Notes: generated from the letters alone by a model not told the origin. 64,000 bases of DNA from Candidatus Latescibacterota bacterium (GCA_965223905.1 CBDCXV010000005.1:27070-91069), one strand, 5' to 3'. Shown: positions 10,347 to 20,914, counted from the first letter of the stretch. Translations and numbers: made by a program.

Positions 10347-11513
10347 TCAGGCCCCGACGATCCCACCGACATCGAGCAGGTAGATCTGCCGGCCGGCGCC
10401 GCGGTGCGCCGAGTCGATGCTGACCAGGCGGCCGTCCGGGCTCGAGCGCGGGTGCAGGTCGCACCGCCACTCCCCGGTGTACTCCCCGGGGGAGTGGAAG
10501 CTGCCGAGGTCGATTCGGCGGTCCGTCGGGACATGGTAGAGGTACAGGTCCTGCGACCGGGATCCGCCCCGGGGATAGCAGTCGTTGAGGATCCAGTCCG
10601 TGTCGGTCAGGTAGGTGCAGTGACCGTTCAGCGTCATCCGCTCCCTGGCGATGGGCACCACCTCCGGCGAGCGGTCCCGGTAGAGATAGAACCCCTCCCC
10701 GGTTTCCGGCTGCCAGGACCAGGCGAGGATGGTTTCGGCATCGCGCCAGATGAAGTGGGACATGTGCCCGTAATCGTCGACGACGTGGAGGTCCGAGCCG
10801 TCGGCCGCGGCCGTCAGCATGCGGGTCCGGAAACCGCCGCCGCCGAACCGCCAGCGGTGCAGGAAGACGAAGCGGGTGCCGCCGGGGTTGAACAGCAGGT
10901 GGTTGAAGTAATGCTTCGCCTCCGACAGGTCGCCGTGGCGGTAGGGGAGGGCGGCCACTTCCGCAATCGACAGGATCTGCCGCGACTCGCCGTTGCGCAG
11001 GTCGACGGTGTAGATGCCGCTGTCTTCCGGGGTGAGCAGGTCGCGGTGGGGATCCGGAATACCGGCGTACCCGTACCCGGGGCGCATGTGGTCGATGCGG
11101 CGGAAGTCGGTGCCGATCGCCCGGTCGCCTTTGGGCGCGAGGCTGTACACCGCGGCCGGCAGGGTCCGCGATTCCCCGGAGCGGGTGTCGAAGACGCGGG
11201 ACACGAACCGGTCCCCTTCGCGCTCGTTCCAGATGATGCGGCGGTCAGACCCGGGAATCCACTGCAGCATGCATCCCTGTTGCCAGCACCAGGCCGTGGT
11301 GGTGCCGACCTCGCGCCAGGAATCCCCTTTCAAGGTGTCGACGACGCCGATGCGGACGGCGTCTTCCGGCTCGGGGGACCGCGACTCGAAGTCGACGGCC
11401 ATGCCGAGGAGGTACCGCCCCGACGGATCGAACTGCAGCTTGTCGTAGTACCCGAACCAGTGGAAGGCCGGCCCCGAGGTGACGGGGCGCACGGGAACGG
11501 CGGGCGAGGTCAC
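10347..11513 (-). CDS. TolB/oligogalacturonate-lyase-like beta-propeller protein
   Basis: HWFGYYDK, AWCWQQGCMLQW, RCDLHPRSSPDG...DSAH motifs; overlaps the stop of the upstream gene. Confidence 0.7.
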   Translation of the reverse strand: MTSPAVPVRPVTSGPAFHWFGYYDKLQFDPSGRYLLGMAVDFESRSPEPEDAVRIGVVDTLKGDSWREVGTTTAWCWQQGCMLQWIPGSDRRIIWNEREGDRFVSRVFDTRSGESRTLPAAVYSLAPKGDRAIGTDFRRIDHMRPGYGYAGIPDPHRDLLTPEDSGIYTVDLRNGESRQILSIAEVAALPYRHGDLSEAKHYFNHLLFNPGGTRFVFLHRWRFGGGGFRTRMLTAAADGSDLHVVDDYGHMSHFIWRDAETILAWSWQPETGEGFYLYRDRSPEVVPIARERMTLNGHCTYLTDTDWILNDCYPRGGSRSQDLYLYHVPTDRRIDLGSFHSPGEYTGEWRCDLHPRSSPDGRLVSIDSAHRGAGRQIYLLDVGGIVGA

Positions 11514-12619
11514 AGGAAACGGTCCACGGCGAAGGGGGAGAGGTCGAACCCCGGGTCGTTGCCAAGGGCGGAGTTGGCGACGACGCGCCCGCTGAAGGGG
11601 CCGAGCTGCAGGCCGCTTGCGCCGTGGCCGGTGTTTAGGTAGAGGCCCTCACATCCGGGGACCGCTCCCATGACCGGCATGCCGTCGGCGGACAGCGGCC
11701 GTAGCCCGACGCGGGTCTCGCGGATGGAGGCATCGGCGAGACCGGGGGCGACGCGCAGGGCCTCCGAGAGCACTTCGACGATCCCTGCGGCCGTCACCCG
11801 CGGGTTGAAGCCGGAGCCGGTTTCGCGCGTGGCGCCTACGGCTACCCGGCTGTCCGGCCAGGGCACCATGTAATGGTCGCGAAAGGCGCTTACGATCGGC
11901 CAGGAGGAGGTGTCGGTGCCGCCGAGGTCGAGGTGGATGATCTGGCCGCGCTGGGGGGCCACCGGGATACCGATGCCGAGCTGTTCCGAGAAACCCCGGG
12001 ACCAAGCCCCGCCCGCGATGACCACGGTCCCCGCGGAAATCCGCTCGCCGCCGCTCAGGACCCCGGCGACCCTGCTGCCTTCGAGGAGGAGGCTGTCGGC
12101 GGAGCCGGACCTGCGCTCCAGCCCGCGGCGTTCCCCCGCCTCGAGCAGGGCGCGCGCCAGGAGCCGGCCGTCGATGCGGGCGGCGTCCGGGTTGTGCAGC
12201 GCCCGCGCCGACCCTGCGAGGGCCGGGAACATCTCCCGGGCCTCCGCGGCCCCGATGGGTCGAACCGGCCCCCGCTCAGGGCGCGCAAGGATCCGCTGCG
12301 AGGCGGCCTCGAAGGGGGCCTGCTCGTCGTCGGAGACCGCCACCACCAGCAGCCCGCAGTGGTCGAACCCGGTGCCGGCCCCTTCCGCCTCGAGCTCGGG
12401 GACCAGTGTCGAAAGGTGGCGGTACGCCGCCTGGCTGAAGCGGTACCAGACGTCGGAGTCGCCGCGGTAGGTCGCCGGGGAAACGATCCCGGCCCCCGCG
12501 GCCGTGGCGCGCCCCTCGTCGCCGCGGTCGAGCAGCAGCACCCGGGTCTGGGCGCGCGCCAGGTGAAAGGCCGTGGCGGCGCCGAGAACGCCGCCCCCGA
12601 TGACGATGAAGTCGTACAT
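11510..12619 (-). CDS. FAD-dependent oxidoreductase (D-amino acid oxidase / glycine oxidase family)
   Basis: YDFIVIGGGVLG dinucleotide fold, AGAW, PQRGQ, GLRP..DG.P, GHG motifs. Confidence 0.9.
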   Translation of the reverse strand: MYDFIVIGGGVLGAATAFHLARAQTRVLLLDRGDEGRATAAGAGIVSPATYRGDSDVWYRFSQAAYRHLSTLVPELEAEGAGTGFDHCGLLVVAVSDDEQAPFEAASQRILARPERGPVRPIGAAEAREMFPALAGSARALHNPDAARIDGRLLARALLEAGERRGLERRSGSADSLLLEGSRVAGVLSGGERISAGTVVIAGGAWSRGFSEQLGIGIPVAPQRGQIIHLDLGGTDTSSWPIVSAFRDHYMVPWPDSRVAVGATRETGSGFNPRVTAAGIVEVLSEALRVAPGLADASIRETRVGLRPLSADGMPVMGAVPGCEGLYLNTGHGASGLQLGPFSGRVVANSALGNDPGFDLSPFAVDRFL

Positions 12620-12845
12620 TTTTCTCCTCGACAATTGATGGCAGTCCGCTTTGATCGCCCGTCCTGACGATAGGTATATTTTCTTTCCGCATGAACGCAC
12701 CGGGCAGCCCCGGCAAAAACCCCTCCGGGCTGCGGCCGGCCCCGGCCACGAATTCTTATCCCAAAGCGATTTTCACCAAGGGACAGCATGACGCCCGGCG
12801 ATTTTCCTCTCATCGCCGCAGGCATTCACGGTTCAGGATAACCCC

Positions 12846-14036
12846 ATGAAGATTGTCGATCTGAAGTGCGCCGTCATCGGCGGCCATCCCGTAATCCGCA
12901 TCCTCACCGACGAGGGGATCGTCGGAACGGGGCAGGTGGAGTCCTCCAAGCCCTACCTCAAGCCCCACGTCCTCTTCTACCGCGACCTCGTATTGGGCAT
13001 GGACCCGACCGACGTCGAGCGCGTCATGCTCGGCATCCGCCGGCTCGGCGGTTTCAAGCCCTGGGGCAGCGCCGTCAGCGCCATCGAGATGGCGCTCTGG
13101 GACATCGCCGGCAAGGCCGCCGGGATTCCGGTGTACAAGCTGCTCGGGGGAAAGATCCGCGACCGGGTGCGGGTCTACCTGACCGGATCCCCGGTGCCGG
13201 TAACCGGGTCCCGGCCCGAGAGTTACGCCGCCGCCGCCCGCGCCGTCAGGGAGCTGCCGCAGGGGTTCACCCTGTGCAAGATGGGGGTCTCCTTCCACAG
13301 CAGCATGCCCGCGGATGTCCCCGGCTTCTTCTACGGGGAGGGCTCCGGCGGCCGCTGGCACGCCAACCGGGGCCCGCTGACGGAACGCGGCCTGAAGCAC
13401 GTGATCGCCTGCGCCGAGGCGATGAAGGAGGAGTTGGGGGACGAGGTCGGCCTCGCCCTCGACTGCGGTCCCGGAATGACGGTCCCGGACTCGATACGGC
13501 TGGCCCGGGCGGTGGAGCCGCTGAACCTGATGTGGCTCGAGGACATGATCACCGGCGACTACGTCCCCTACGTGCTCGCCGACCTCTACCGGGAGGTGAC
13601 GCGCAGCACCTCGACGCCGATCCACACCGGGGAGCAGATCTACCTGCGGCAGCATTTCAAGGAGCTGTTCGAAAAACAGGCGGTGAACGTCGTCGGCCCC
13701 GACCCGGCCGACGTCGGCGGCATAGCGGAGACCAAGTGGATCGCCGAGTACGCCGATCTCCACGGCATCCTGATGGCCCCGCACGGAGTGATCGACGGGC
13801 TCTTCGGCCTGGCCGCCCACGTCCATCTCGCCGCCACCCTGCCGCAGAACTACATCGCCTTCGAGATGCCGGGCGGGTACGAAGAGTTCTGGCTCGACAT
13901 GGTCACCGGGCTGCCCGAGCCGATCGTCGCAGACGGCCACATCGAGGTGTGGGATTCCCCCGGGCTGGGAGTGGAGTTCGTCGTCGAGGAGGCGAAGCGG
14001 CACCTGTCGGAAGAGGATGCCGGTTTCTTCGATTAG
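12846..14036 (+). CDS. Mandelate racemase/galactonate dehydratase-like enolase-superfamily enzyme
   Basis: SAIEMALWDIAGKAAGIPVYKLLGG, WLED, TGE, GGI, PH and PGLGVE motifs. Confidence 0.9.
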   Translation: MKIVDLKCAVIGGHPVIRILTDEGIVGTGQVESSKPYLKPHVLFYRDLVLGMDPTDVERVMLGIRRLGGFKPWGSAVSAIEMALWDIAGKAAGIPVYKLLGGKIRDRVRVYLTGSPVPVTGSRPESYAAAARAVRELPQGFTLCKMGVSFHSSMPADVPGFFYGEGSGGRWHANRGPLTERGLKHVIACAEAMKEELGDEVGLALDCGPGMTVPDSIRLARAVEPLNLMWLEDMITGDYVPYVLADLYREVTRSTSTPIHTGEQIYLRQHFKELFEKQAVNVVGPDPADVGGIAETKWIAEYADLHGILMAPHGVIDGLFGLAAHVHLAATLPQNYIAFEMPGGYEEFWLDMVTGLPEPIVADGHIEVWDSPGLGVEFVVEEAKRHLSEEDAGFFD

Positions 14037-14222
14037 CAGCCCGTTGAAACAGTCCATCCGGGCTTCGGCTTCGCCTACAGAGCAACTTAATGGATAGGCC
14101 GTCAGGCACGCGGCCGCGGAAGGTTCGTGAATCGGCTGCAGGTCGATTCGCCCGCCGGGCAGAAGGCGGGCCTGGAAGAACAACCAGTCATTTCAGTACC
14201 CATCCCTGCAAGAGGTGAGAGC

Positions 14223-14681
14223 ATGATCGAGAAAATCAACGTGTCCGAGCTGGCGGAGGAATCCCTCCAGTCCCCTTCGGGCAAGTACGGGGCGTCGGTA
14301 AAGGATGTCTCCAGCGCCCTCGAAACCGAGGGGCAGCCGTTCGAGGTCGAGTGGGTGCGGCTGCCGCCGGGCCGGACCAACTTCCCCTGCCACGCCCACC
14401 AGGTGCAGTGGGAGTTCTATCTCGTGGTCAGCGGCCGTGGGATCGTGCGCCGGAACGACGACAGCTTCGAGGTTGGTGAAGGGGACGCCTTCGTGCAGCC
14501 GCCCGGCACCGCCCACCAGATCCGCAATCCCAGCGAGACCGAGGACCTCGTCTACTACGTGATCGCCGACAATCCCGTGAGCGACCCCGTCTACTATCCC
14601 GATTCGGACAAGTGGCTGATACGGCCCCCCGGAAAGCTGGGGCGCATGACCGACGCGGAGTATTTCGATGGAGAGGAGTAG
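14223..14681 (+). CDS. Cupin domain protein
   Basis: H-A-H...E...PPGTAHQ metal-binding motif, YYPDSDK tail; GAGG RBS upstream. Confidence 0.88.
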   Translation: MIEKINVSELAEESLQSPSGKYGASVKDVSSALETEGQPFEVEWVRLPPGRTNFPCHAHQVQWEFYLVVSGRGIVRRNDDSFEVGEGDAFVQPPGTAHQIRNPSETEDLVYYVIADNPVSDPVYYPDSDKWLIRPPGKLGRMTDAEYFDGEE

Positions 14682-15774
14682 CCTGTTTCGCAGTCTCGCC
14701 GTTGCCCTCGCCCTGCTGCTGCCTCCGGCGGGCGCCGCGGCGCACAAGATCAACACCAGCTACATCAGCGTGGAGATCGGCCAGGACGGAAGCCTGGAAG
14801 CCAGGGTCTCCTTCGACGAAACCGACCTCATGGCCGCCTTCGATCTCGACGCGGATGGAGACGGCATCATGCGGCGGCAGGAAATGCTCGACGGAAGCGA
14901 CACGGTCGAGACCTTCCTCGAGCAGGCCCTGAAGATCACTGCGGAAGGGGATCCCGTGGCCTTGTCGGTCGGCGAGGGGGGGCTGCGCCTCGACGACAAG
15001 GGGAACCTCTTTCTCGACGTTCCCCTGAGGGGCCGGCTCCCGGGAGACCCCGCGACCCTCGAGGTCCGCTTCGCCCTGTTCGACCGCTTCGCCCCCGATC
15101 ACCGCTGCCTGGTCAAGCTTCAGGCCGGGGACCGGCCGGGCCAGGCGGTGGTCCTGCACGCGGCGACCCCCCAGCGCCGGTTCCGGCTGCGGGATCCCGG
15201 CCTCCTCGACCACGTCGCCGACTTCACCCTCCTCGGCATCGAGCACATCTTCCTCGGGTACGACCACGTCATGTTCCTGCTGGCCCTGATTGCCATCGGC
15301 GGCCGGCCGCTGGCCCTGGTCAAGGTGGTCACCGCCTTCACCGTCGCCCACAGCATCACCCTGATCCTGGCGGCCCTCGACGTCGTCTCCCTTCCCGGGC
15401 GGCTGGTCGAGGCCGGCATCGCCTTCAGCATCGCCTACGTCGCTGCCGAGAACCTGTGGAGGCCCCGGCCGCACCACCGCTGGCGGCTGACCTTCTTCTT
15501 CGGCCTCGTGCACGGCTTCGGGTTCGCCAACGTGCTGCGCGAGCTCGGGCTGCCGACGAAGTCGCAGGAGCTGGTCGCCTCCCTGCTGGCCTTCAACGTC
15601 GGGGTGGAGATCGGCCAGGTCGCCATCGTCGCCGTGCTGCTGCCGCTCGTGATCTGGATCGGACGTAGCGCCTGGCGCGGTGCCTTCATCAAGGGGGTCT
15701 CCGTCATCGTCCTGCTGTTCGGGCTCGGCTGGCTCGTCGAAAGGGCCTTCGACCTGTCGTACATGCCGCTGTGA
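14668..15774 (+). CDS. HupE/UreJ-family membrane protein with N-terminal extracytoplasmic domain
   Basis: Signal peptide ending AH; GIEHIFLGYDH, TAFTVAHSITL, FGLVHGFGFA, FNVGVEIGQ. Confidence 0.9.
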   Translation: MERSSLFRSLAVALALLLPPAGAAAHKINTSYISVEIGQDGSLEARVSFDETDLMAAFDLDADGDGIMRRQEMLDGSDTVETFLEQALKITAEGDPVALSVGEGGLRLDDKGNLFLDVPLRGRLPGDPATLEVRFALFDRFAPDHRCLVKLQAGDRPGQAVVLHAATPQRRFRLRDPGLLDHVADFTLLGIEHIFLGYDHVMFLLALIAIGGRPLALVKVVTAFTVAHSITLILAALDVVSLPGRLVEAGIAFSIAYVAAENLWRPRPHHRWRLTFFFGLVHGFGFANVLRELGLPTKSQELVASLLAFNVGVEIGQVAIVAVLLPLVIWIGRSAWRGAFIKGVSVIVLLFGLGWLVERAFDLSYMPL

Positions 15775-16058
15775 GCCGCATCACAGCACCATTTCTCTAA
15801 TACGCGCGGCTGAAGAGCAGCGGCCCCGGGGGCGGGCGAAAGGCATCCGAGACTTGGCGTGACAAAAAGCCGGATGGGGCGCGGCTTGGAAATCCTGCAC
15901 AGGCGTTGGCAGACCTCCCCGGGTTCCCCCTTTTGGTCGGGCAAGCCCTGTATCAGGCAGCTACCTCTCGGATGGAGTGTTTGTCCGGGTCAGGGTTTTC
16001 CCTGCCTGAAGGGTCATACAGGTGAGAGAATCGATACCCGGATGAGAAAGGACACGCC

Positions 16059-18563
16059 ATGAGCGGCAACCGGGGGCGAGCCCCGGTGAAAGGAAATGCC
16101 TCGAGCCGGCGGTGGAGATACGCACTGATCGCAGGGCTCCTCCTGGCGGTCCGGCCGTCGTCCGGACAACCTGCAGGCGCCTCCCACCCCGGCGACCCCT
16201 GGTTCGCCCTCGACCGCGTGCTCGACGTGAACATCGAAATGGCCCCCGGGGATTGGGACCTCCTTCGTTCCCAGACGCGGACCCTCGTCGATTTACTCGG
16301 CGGTGCCGACTGCCTCGACAGCCCCGCGGACGAGATCTTCACCTGGTTCGAGGCGACCGTGACCGTGGACGGGGAAACCCGCACCCAGGTCGGGGTCCGC
16401 AAGAAGGGGTTCCTCGGATCGCTGAGCACGGAGAAACCCGCTCTCAAGGTCCGCTTCGACAAGTTCGTCGACGGTCAGCTCCTCGGCGGTGCCGTGAAGC
16501 GCCTGACCCTGAACAATGCCCTGCAGGACCCGTCCATGCTCAATACCTGCATGGCCTACCACCTCTTCTCCGCGGCCGGCCTGCCGGCGCCGCGCTGCAA
16601 CTTTGCCACCGTTTCGGTCAACGGCGAAACCCTGGGCTTGTACGCAAACGTCCAGAGCATCAAGACCGCCTTTCTGGAACGCAATTTCTCCGATCCAGGC
16701 GGCAATCTCTACGAAGGGACCACCAGCGACTTCCGCCCCGATTGGCGCGGCACCTTCGTAAAGAAGACCAACGAGGAGGAAGCGGACTGGTCGGACATCG
16801 ACGCGGTCGTCGCCGCGCTGCAGGACCCCTCCCCGGCCGGACTCGAAGCCCTCGCCGGCGCCGTCGACCTCGACCGCTTCCTCACCTTCTGGGCCGTCGA
16901 AGTGCTGATCGGCCACTGGGACGGGTACGCCGGCAATCGCAACAACTACTTCGTCTACCGCGAGACGGACGGTCCTTTGCAGTTCATACCCTGGGGGGCG
17001 GACCAGGTTTTCACCTCGACCGATGTTCCTTTCGACGATTTCAGGTCGCCGGCTTCGGTCCTGGCGCACGGAGCCATCGCCCACCGTTTGTACCGCAACG
17101 AAGCGACGCGAGCCGACTATGTCGCCCGCCTCAGGCAACTGCTCGAAACGGTCTGGAACGAAGAAGAGCTTCTCGGCCTCGCCGGCGAGATGGAGGAGAT
17201 CGTCAAGCAGCACGCGCTGCCTGCCATGCGACCCGATGCCGCCCGGGACGCCAACCGGGTGCGCCGGTTCATCCGCGGGCGGCGAGCGGTGATTCTGGCC
17301 GATCTCGATCCGGAGCCGCCCGCCTGGCCCTGGCCGCTGACCGAGCCCTTCTGCTGGGCGGAAAAAGGGGCGTTCGAGCTGCGCTTCGAGACCGCATGGG
17401 GATCGAGCGGGAGCGAGAATCCGCTGCAGGAAGGGACGGTCTCGTTCACCCATTACCAGCTGGAGGGAAAGCAGCAGCGCTTCGTGAGTTCGGGAGCCGT
17501 AGCCGGCTTCGCAGAGGAGGAGGGACGGATTGACAAGGACAAGGCGGCGGTAACCGTTGTAAGTCTTGGAGAAGATTTATCCATAGACCTGCTCACCGTT
17601 TCGCTGCCGATCGACCGGACGGCGAGCGGCGCCAGCCTGCCCATCGACCTGGATTCGGTCCGCGGCTTCCGCCTGTTGCTGCCCTCCGCGGATGCCCCCC
17701 CGAACCAGTGGGACCTGATCGCCACGGGAGGGATCGAACTCGACGAGGCCGGTACGGAGCCGGGGGCCAGGGTTTCGGGCCTGTTCTACGGCACCTTCCT
17801 GAGCTTCGGCGGGGACGCTTTCACCGAAGAGGGTGACGGCGAAATCGGTGCCGAGATCGGACTGATCGTCAACGAGGTCGCCGCCCAGGGGGATCCCCTC
17901 GACTGGTTCGAGCTCTACAATGCCTCGGATGAACCGAGAGACCTCGCGGACTTTCTCATGGCCGACGATCTGACCGACGCGGGGAAGCGCACCCCCTTCC
18001 CGGACGGCACGGTCATCGAAGCGGGTGCCTATCTGCAGATTCAGCTCGACAAGGACGGGTGGCCGGGCTTTGCCCTCGGCCGCGACGAAGAGCTCGGCAT
18101 CTGGACCGCAGGCGGACTGCTGGTGGCCGAGGTCGACTGGGAAGAGGGACAGGCCGATGAGGGAACGAGCTGGGCGCGCATCCCCGACGTCACGGGGGAC
18201 TTTCAGGCCGTAAGCACTCCTACGCCCGGGGCCCCGAATAAGGTGGCGACAGCGGTTGCCGGGCAGGCCGCGGACACGCCCGCCGAGTTTCGGTTGCGCG
18301 GCAACTGGCCCAATCCATTCAATGCCAACACCACCATCGCCTTTGACCTGCCCGGGACCGCACCTGTGCGCCTGGTGGTCTACGACCTGCTCGGGCGCCG
18401 CGTCCGAACCCTGCACAGGGGCGAGGCCCTGGCGGCCGGCCACCACCGCACATCATGGGACGGCCTCGACGAGGAGGGCCGCCCGGTCGCCAGCGGGGTC
18501 TATCTGTACCGGCTCACCGCCGGGCAGGATTTCGCCGCGGGGCGGATGGCCCTGATCCGCTGA
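16059..18563 (+). CDS. Secreted CotH kinase-family protein with lamin-tail domain and C-terminal FlgD-Ig/Por-like sorting domain
   Basis: KKG...KP.LK, LTLNN..QDPS, HWDGY...NNY, IPWGAD (CotH); IVNEV..DWFELYN...TPG.N (LTD); NWPNPFN...YDLLGR...WDG...ASGVY (C-terminal domain). Confidence 0.85.
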   Translation: MSGNRGRAPVKGNASSRRWRYALIAGLLLAVRPSSGQPAGASHPGDPWFALDRVLDVNIEMAPGDWDLLRSQTRTLVDLLGGADCLDSPADEIFTWFEATVTVDGETRTQVGVRKKGFLGSLSTEKPALKVRFDKFVDGQLLGGAVKRLTLNNALQDPSMLNTCMAYHLFSAAGLPAPRCNFATVSVNGETLGLYANVQSIKTAFLERNFSDPGGNLYEGTTSDFRPDWRGTFVKKTNEEEADWSDIDAVVAALQDPSPAGLEALAGAVDLDRFLTFWAVEVLIGHWDGYAGNRNNYFVYRETDGPLQFIPWGADQVFTSTDVPFDDFRSPASVLAHGAIAHRLYRNEATRADYVARLRQLLETVWNEEELLGLAGEMEEIVKQHALPAMRPDAARDANRVRRFIRGRRAVILADLDPEPPAWPWPLTEPFCWAEKGAFELRFETAWGSSGSENPLQEGTVSFTHYQLEGKQQRFVSSGAVAGFAEEEGRIDKDKAAVTVVSLGEDLSIDLLTVSLPIDRTASGASLPIDLDSVRGFRLLLPSADAPPNQWDLIATGGIELDEAGTEPGARVSGLFYGTFLSFGGDAFTEEGDGEIGAEIGLIVNEVAAQGDPLDWFELYNASDEPRDLADFLMADDLTDAGKRTPFPDGTVIEAGAYLQIQLDKDGWPGFALGRDEELGIWTAGGLLVAEVDWEEGQADEGTSWARIPDVTGDFQAVSTPTPGAPNKVATAVAGQAADTPAEFRLRGNWPNPFNANTTIAFDLPGTAPVRLVVYDLLGRRVRTLHRGEALAAGHHRTSWDGLDEEGRPVASGVYLYRLTAGQDFAAGRMALIR

Positions 18564-18580
18564 CGGCGGACGCCGGATTC

Positions 18581-19462
18581 TCAGACCGAATCGGCCACCT
18601 CGGCGAGCCCTTCATACCTGTTGCTCTGCTTGGGCCTGCGGGAGTGGTGGGAGGGCAGGAGCAGGGCCGCCTGCTGCGGTGGGGTGAGGTCCTCCCAGTA
18701 GGACGGACGCCGCCCGCGCACCCCGCCTCCACCCCACGACATGTGCCCGGTGTTGTACTTGTAGAGGATGGCCCGGCGCTGGTGGCCGGCATGCCACGGG
18801 AGGGTTCCGTGGGTGCAGGCCTCGCTGAAGATGACCGCGTCGCCGGCACTGGCGTTGATCTCGGTCACGTATTCCCGGTACTGCTCCCACCTCCGCATCC
18901 TTGCAGGGCAGGCGAGGTTGGCCTTGTGGCTGCCGGGAATGATGCTGATGCCGCCGTCGCCGGGGCCTTCGTCGGCGAGCAGGTACTCGATGACGCAGAG
19001 CCCGGTGAAGATCCTGCCTTCGCGGTAGAAGTAGGGGGCGTTGTCGAAGTTGCCGTGCAGCATGCCCCCGGAGCATCCCTTGTCCATGGCGATCAGGCCG
19101 GGGCCGTGGTCGAGGCGCCAGCCTTCCCCGAGGATGGTGTTGAGATGGGGCGTGGTTTTCGGATGCGCCAGCATTTCCCGGAAGGGCTCGCAGTGGGGAT
19201 GCGGCCGCTCCATCAGGTTCTCGCTGTTGCCGAGGCGCGTCGAGCTGTTTTCCCCCCTCAGGGCGACCGAGTCGCCGAAGTACTCCGGGCTCGGGTTGAG
19301 CTCCATGGAATCGATCGCCTCGTTGGCCAGCTTCAGGTGCTCGGGGCTCAGCACGTCCCGCACGATCAGGAACCCGGTCAGGTCGAAGAGGTACTTCTCG
19401 TCGTGGGACATTTCCATTGTTTCGGCGGTGATCGAGCGCGAGGTGTTGGCGTGTTCGGTCAT
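18581..19462 (-). CDS. Phytanoyl-CoA dioxygenase (PhyH) family protein
   Basis: YLFDLTGF, IPGSHK, AGDAVIFSEACTHGT...RR motifs. Confidence 0.88.
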   Translation of the reverse strand: MTEHANTSRSITAETMEMSHDEKYLFDLTGFLIVRDVLSPEHLKLANEAIDSMELNPSPEYFGDSVALRGENSSTRLGNSENLMERPHPHCEPFREMLAHPKTTPHLNTILGEGWRLDHGPGLIAMDKGCSGGMLHGNFDNAPYFYREGRIFTGLCVIEYLLADEGPGDGGISIIPGSHKANLACPARMRRWEQYREYVTEINASAGDAVIFSEACTHGTLPWHAGHQRRAILYKYNTGHMSWGGGGVRGRRPSYWEDLTPPQQAALLLPSHHSRRPKQSNRYEGLAEVADSV

Positions 19463-19522
19463 GGCTGTTTTCCCGTGGGTTGAGTTGATGAACAAGAAAG
19501 GTCCTGTCCGGTGAGTGGCCGG

Positions 19523-20782
19523 TCAGCCGAGGAGCAGGTCGGCGACCGGGAGGGCGAGCACGCGGGAGCTGAGCGCATGGGGCTCGGAACAGCCGCAGGC
19601 GAGGATCCCGAACGGTGCTTCCGGATAGCTGTCGAGAAAGGCTTCGAGGCCGCGGGCGTCGTCCCCCCTTGGACGAGCGGTCGTCTTGATTTCGAGCGGC
19701 AGGGGCGTGCGGCCGGATTCCAGGACGAAGTCCACCTCCTCCCCGGCCGCGGTGCGCCAATGGCAGAGGGAGATCCGCGGCACCTGAAGCGATGCGAACG
19801 CCAGGAGATGAATGCATACCCAGTTTTCCAGCCAGGCCCCCCACTCCCGGCCTTCCTGCAGGGTTTTCGCGTCGAAGATGCCGGCGAGGTGCGCGGCGAG
19901 CCCGGTGTCGGACCAGAACAGCCGCGGCGCCTTGACGAGGCGCTTGCCCCGGTTGACCGCGTAGGCGGGGATGCGCAGCAGCTGGAACGAGACCTCGAGG
20001 GTTCCCAGGTACCGCCGTGCCGTGGCCGGTGAAAGCCCGGCGTCGCGAGAGAGCGAGGCGGCGTTGGCAAGGCGTCCGTTCTGGCCGGCGGCGATCTGCA
20101 TGAGACGGCGAAAGTCGACGAGGTTGTCGGTTGCCGACAAAGCGCGCAGGTCGCGCTCGAGATAGGTCTGCATGTACCCGTCGAACCACCGGGTGCGGAA
20201 CTCCGCGTCCGGGCTCAGGCTGGGAACGGGATAGCCTCCAGCCATGATCGCCTCCTGCAAAGGGCGGGAAGGCGGGGGGGCCGGCTCGAGCCCGGCGAGG
20301 ACGGCCTCGAGGGACCGCTCGCGCACCAGGAGCGCGAGATTCCTTCCGAACTCCCGGCCTTCAACCTCGGCCCAGGTCAGTCCGGGCAGCTGAAAATACA
20401 CGGCTCGGCCCGCCAGGCTCTCCGACACCCGGCGCATGAGAAGCAGGTTGGCGGAGCCTGTGAGCAGGAATCGGCCTGCCCGGCGGTCGGCGTCCACCGC
20501 CCGTTTCACCGCGAGCAGGAGGTCCGGCTCCCTCTGGATCTCATCCAGCGTGACGCGATCGCGGGCAATGAACAAGGCGTCCGGATCGCGCTGCGCCAGC
20601 TCGCGGGTCTGGAAATCGTCGAGGGTAAGGTAGACTCGTTCCCCGGAGACCTCGGGGAGGGTTGCGATGGTCGTCTTGCCTGTCTGACGCGCCCCGTGCA
20701 ACACGACGACCGGATGTTGGCGGAGGGTGTGGGCCAGGGCGGAAGTCTGATACCTCGAAACGGTTTTTTGCAAATCGATCAT
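19523..20782 (-). CDS. AAA_14 ATPase with DUF4143 and C-terminal PD-(D/E)xK-like domain
   Basis: GARQTGKT Walker A, LDEIQ, LTGSA, ESLAGR, GGYP, DTGL, EVDFV..EIK. Confidence 0.9.
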   Translation of the reverse strand: MIDLQKTVSRYQTSALAHTLRQHPVVVLHGARQTGKTTIATLPEVSGERVYLTLDDFQTRELAQRDPDALFIARDRVTLDEIQREPDLLLAVKRAVDADRRAGRFLLTGSANLLLMRRVSESLAGRAVYFQLPGLTWAEVEGREFGRNLALLVRERSLEAVLAGLEPAPPPSRPLQEAIMAGGYPVPSLSPDAEFRTRWFDGYMQTYLERDLRALSATDNLVDFRRLMQIAAGQNGRLANAASLSRDAGLSPATARRYLGTLEVSFQLLRIPAYAVNRGKRLVKAPRLFWSDTGLAAHLAGIFDAKTLQEGREWGAWLENWVCIHLLAFASLQVPRISLCHWRTAAGEEVDFVLESGRTPLPLEIKTTARPRGDDARGLEAFLDSYPEAPFGILACGCSEPHALSSRVLALPVADLLLG

Positions 20783-20818
20783 GTCGTGATTGATAATCAA
20801 CCAAGATCTGACTGTCAA
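20783..20818 (-). promoter_or_regulatory. Putative leaderless sigma70 promoter of the AAA/DUF4143 gene
   Basis: Minus strand reads TTGACA (20818-20813), 17 nt, TATCAA (20795-20790), 7 nt, ATG (20782); the palindrome TTGATAATCAA (20790-20800) overlaps the -10. Confidence 0.55.
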
Positions 20819-20914
20819 ACAGCCAAGGTCTGATTTCCTGGGCGATATTCCTTGATACGGACAGGGTGGCAGGGTCCAGCTCCCCTGGAGCCGGGCGCCA
20901 CCCCATCACCGGAG

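Noticed and set aside
14034-14110. Possible MITE/IS end (TAGCAGCCCGTTGAAACAGTCC) with a small GC hairpin
   Set aside because: No matching second inverted repeat or target duplication found in the window
15775-16058. Possible structured RNA or riboswitch upstream of the CotH gene
   Set aside because: No known riboswitch consensus recognised; would need an Rfam/Infernal scan
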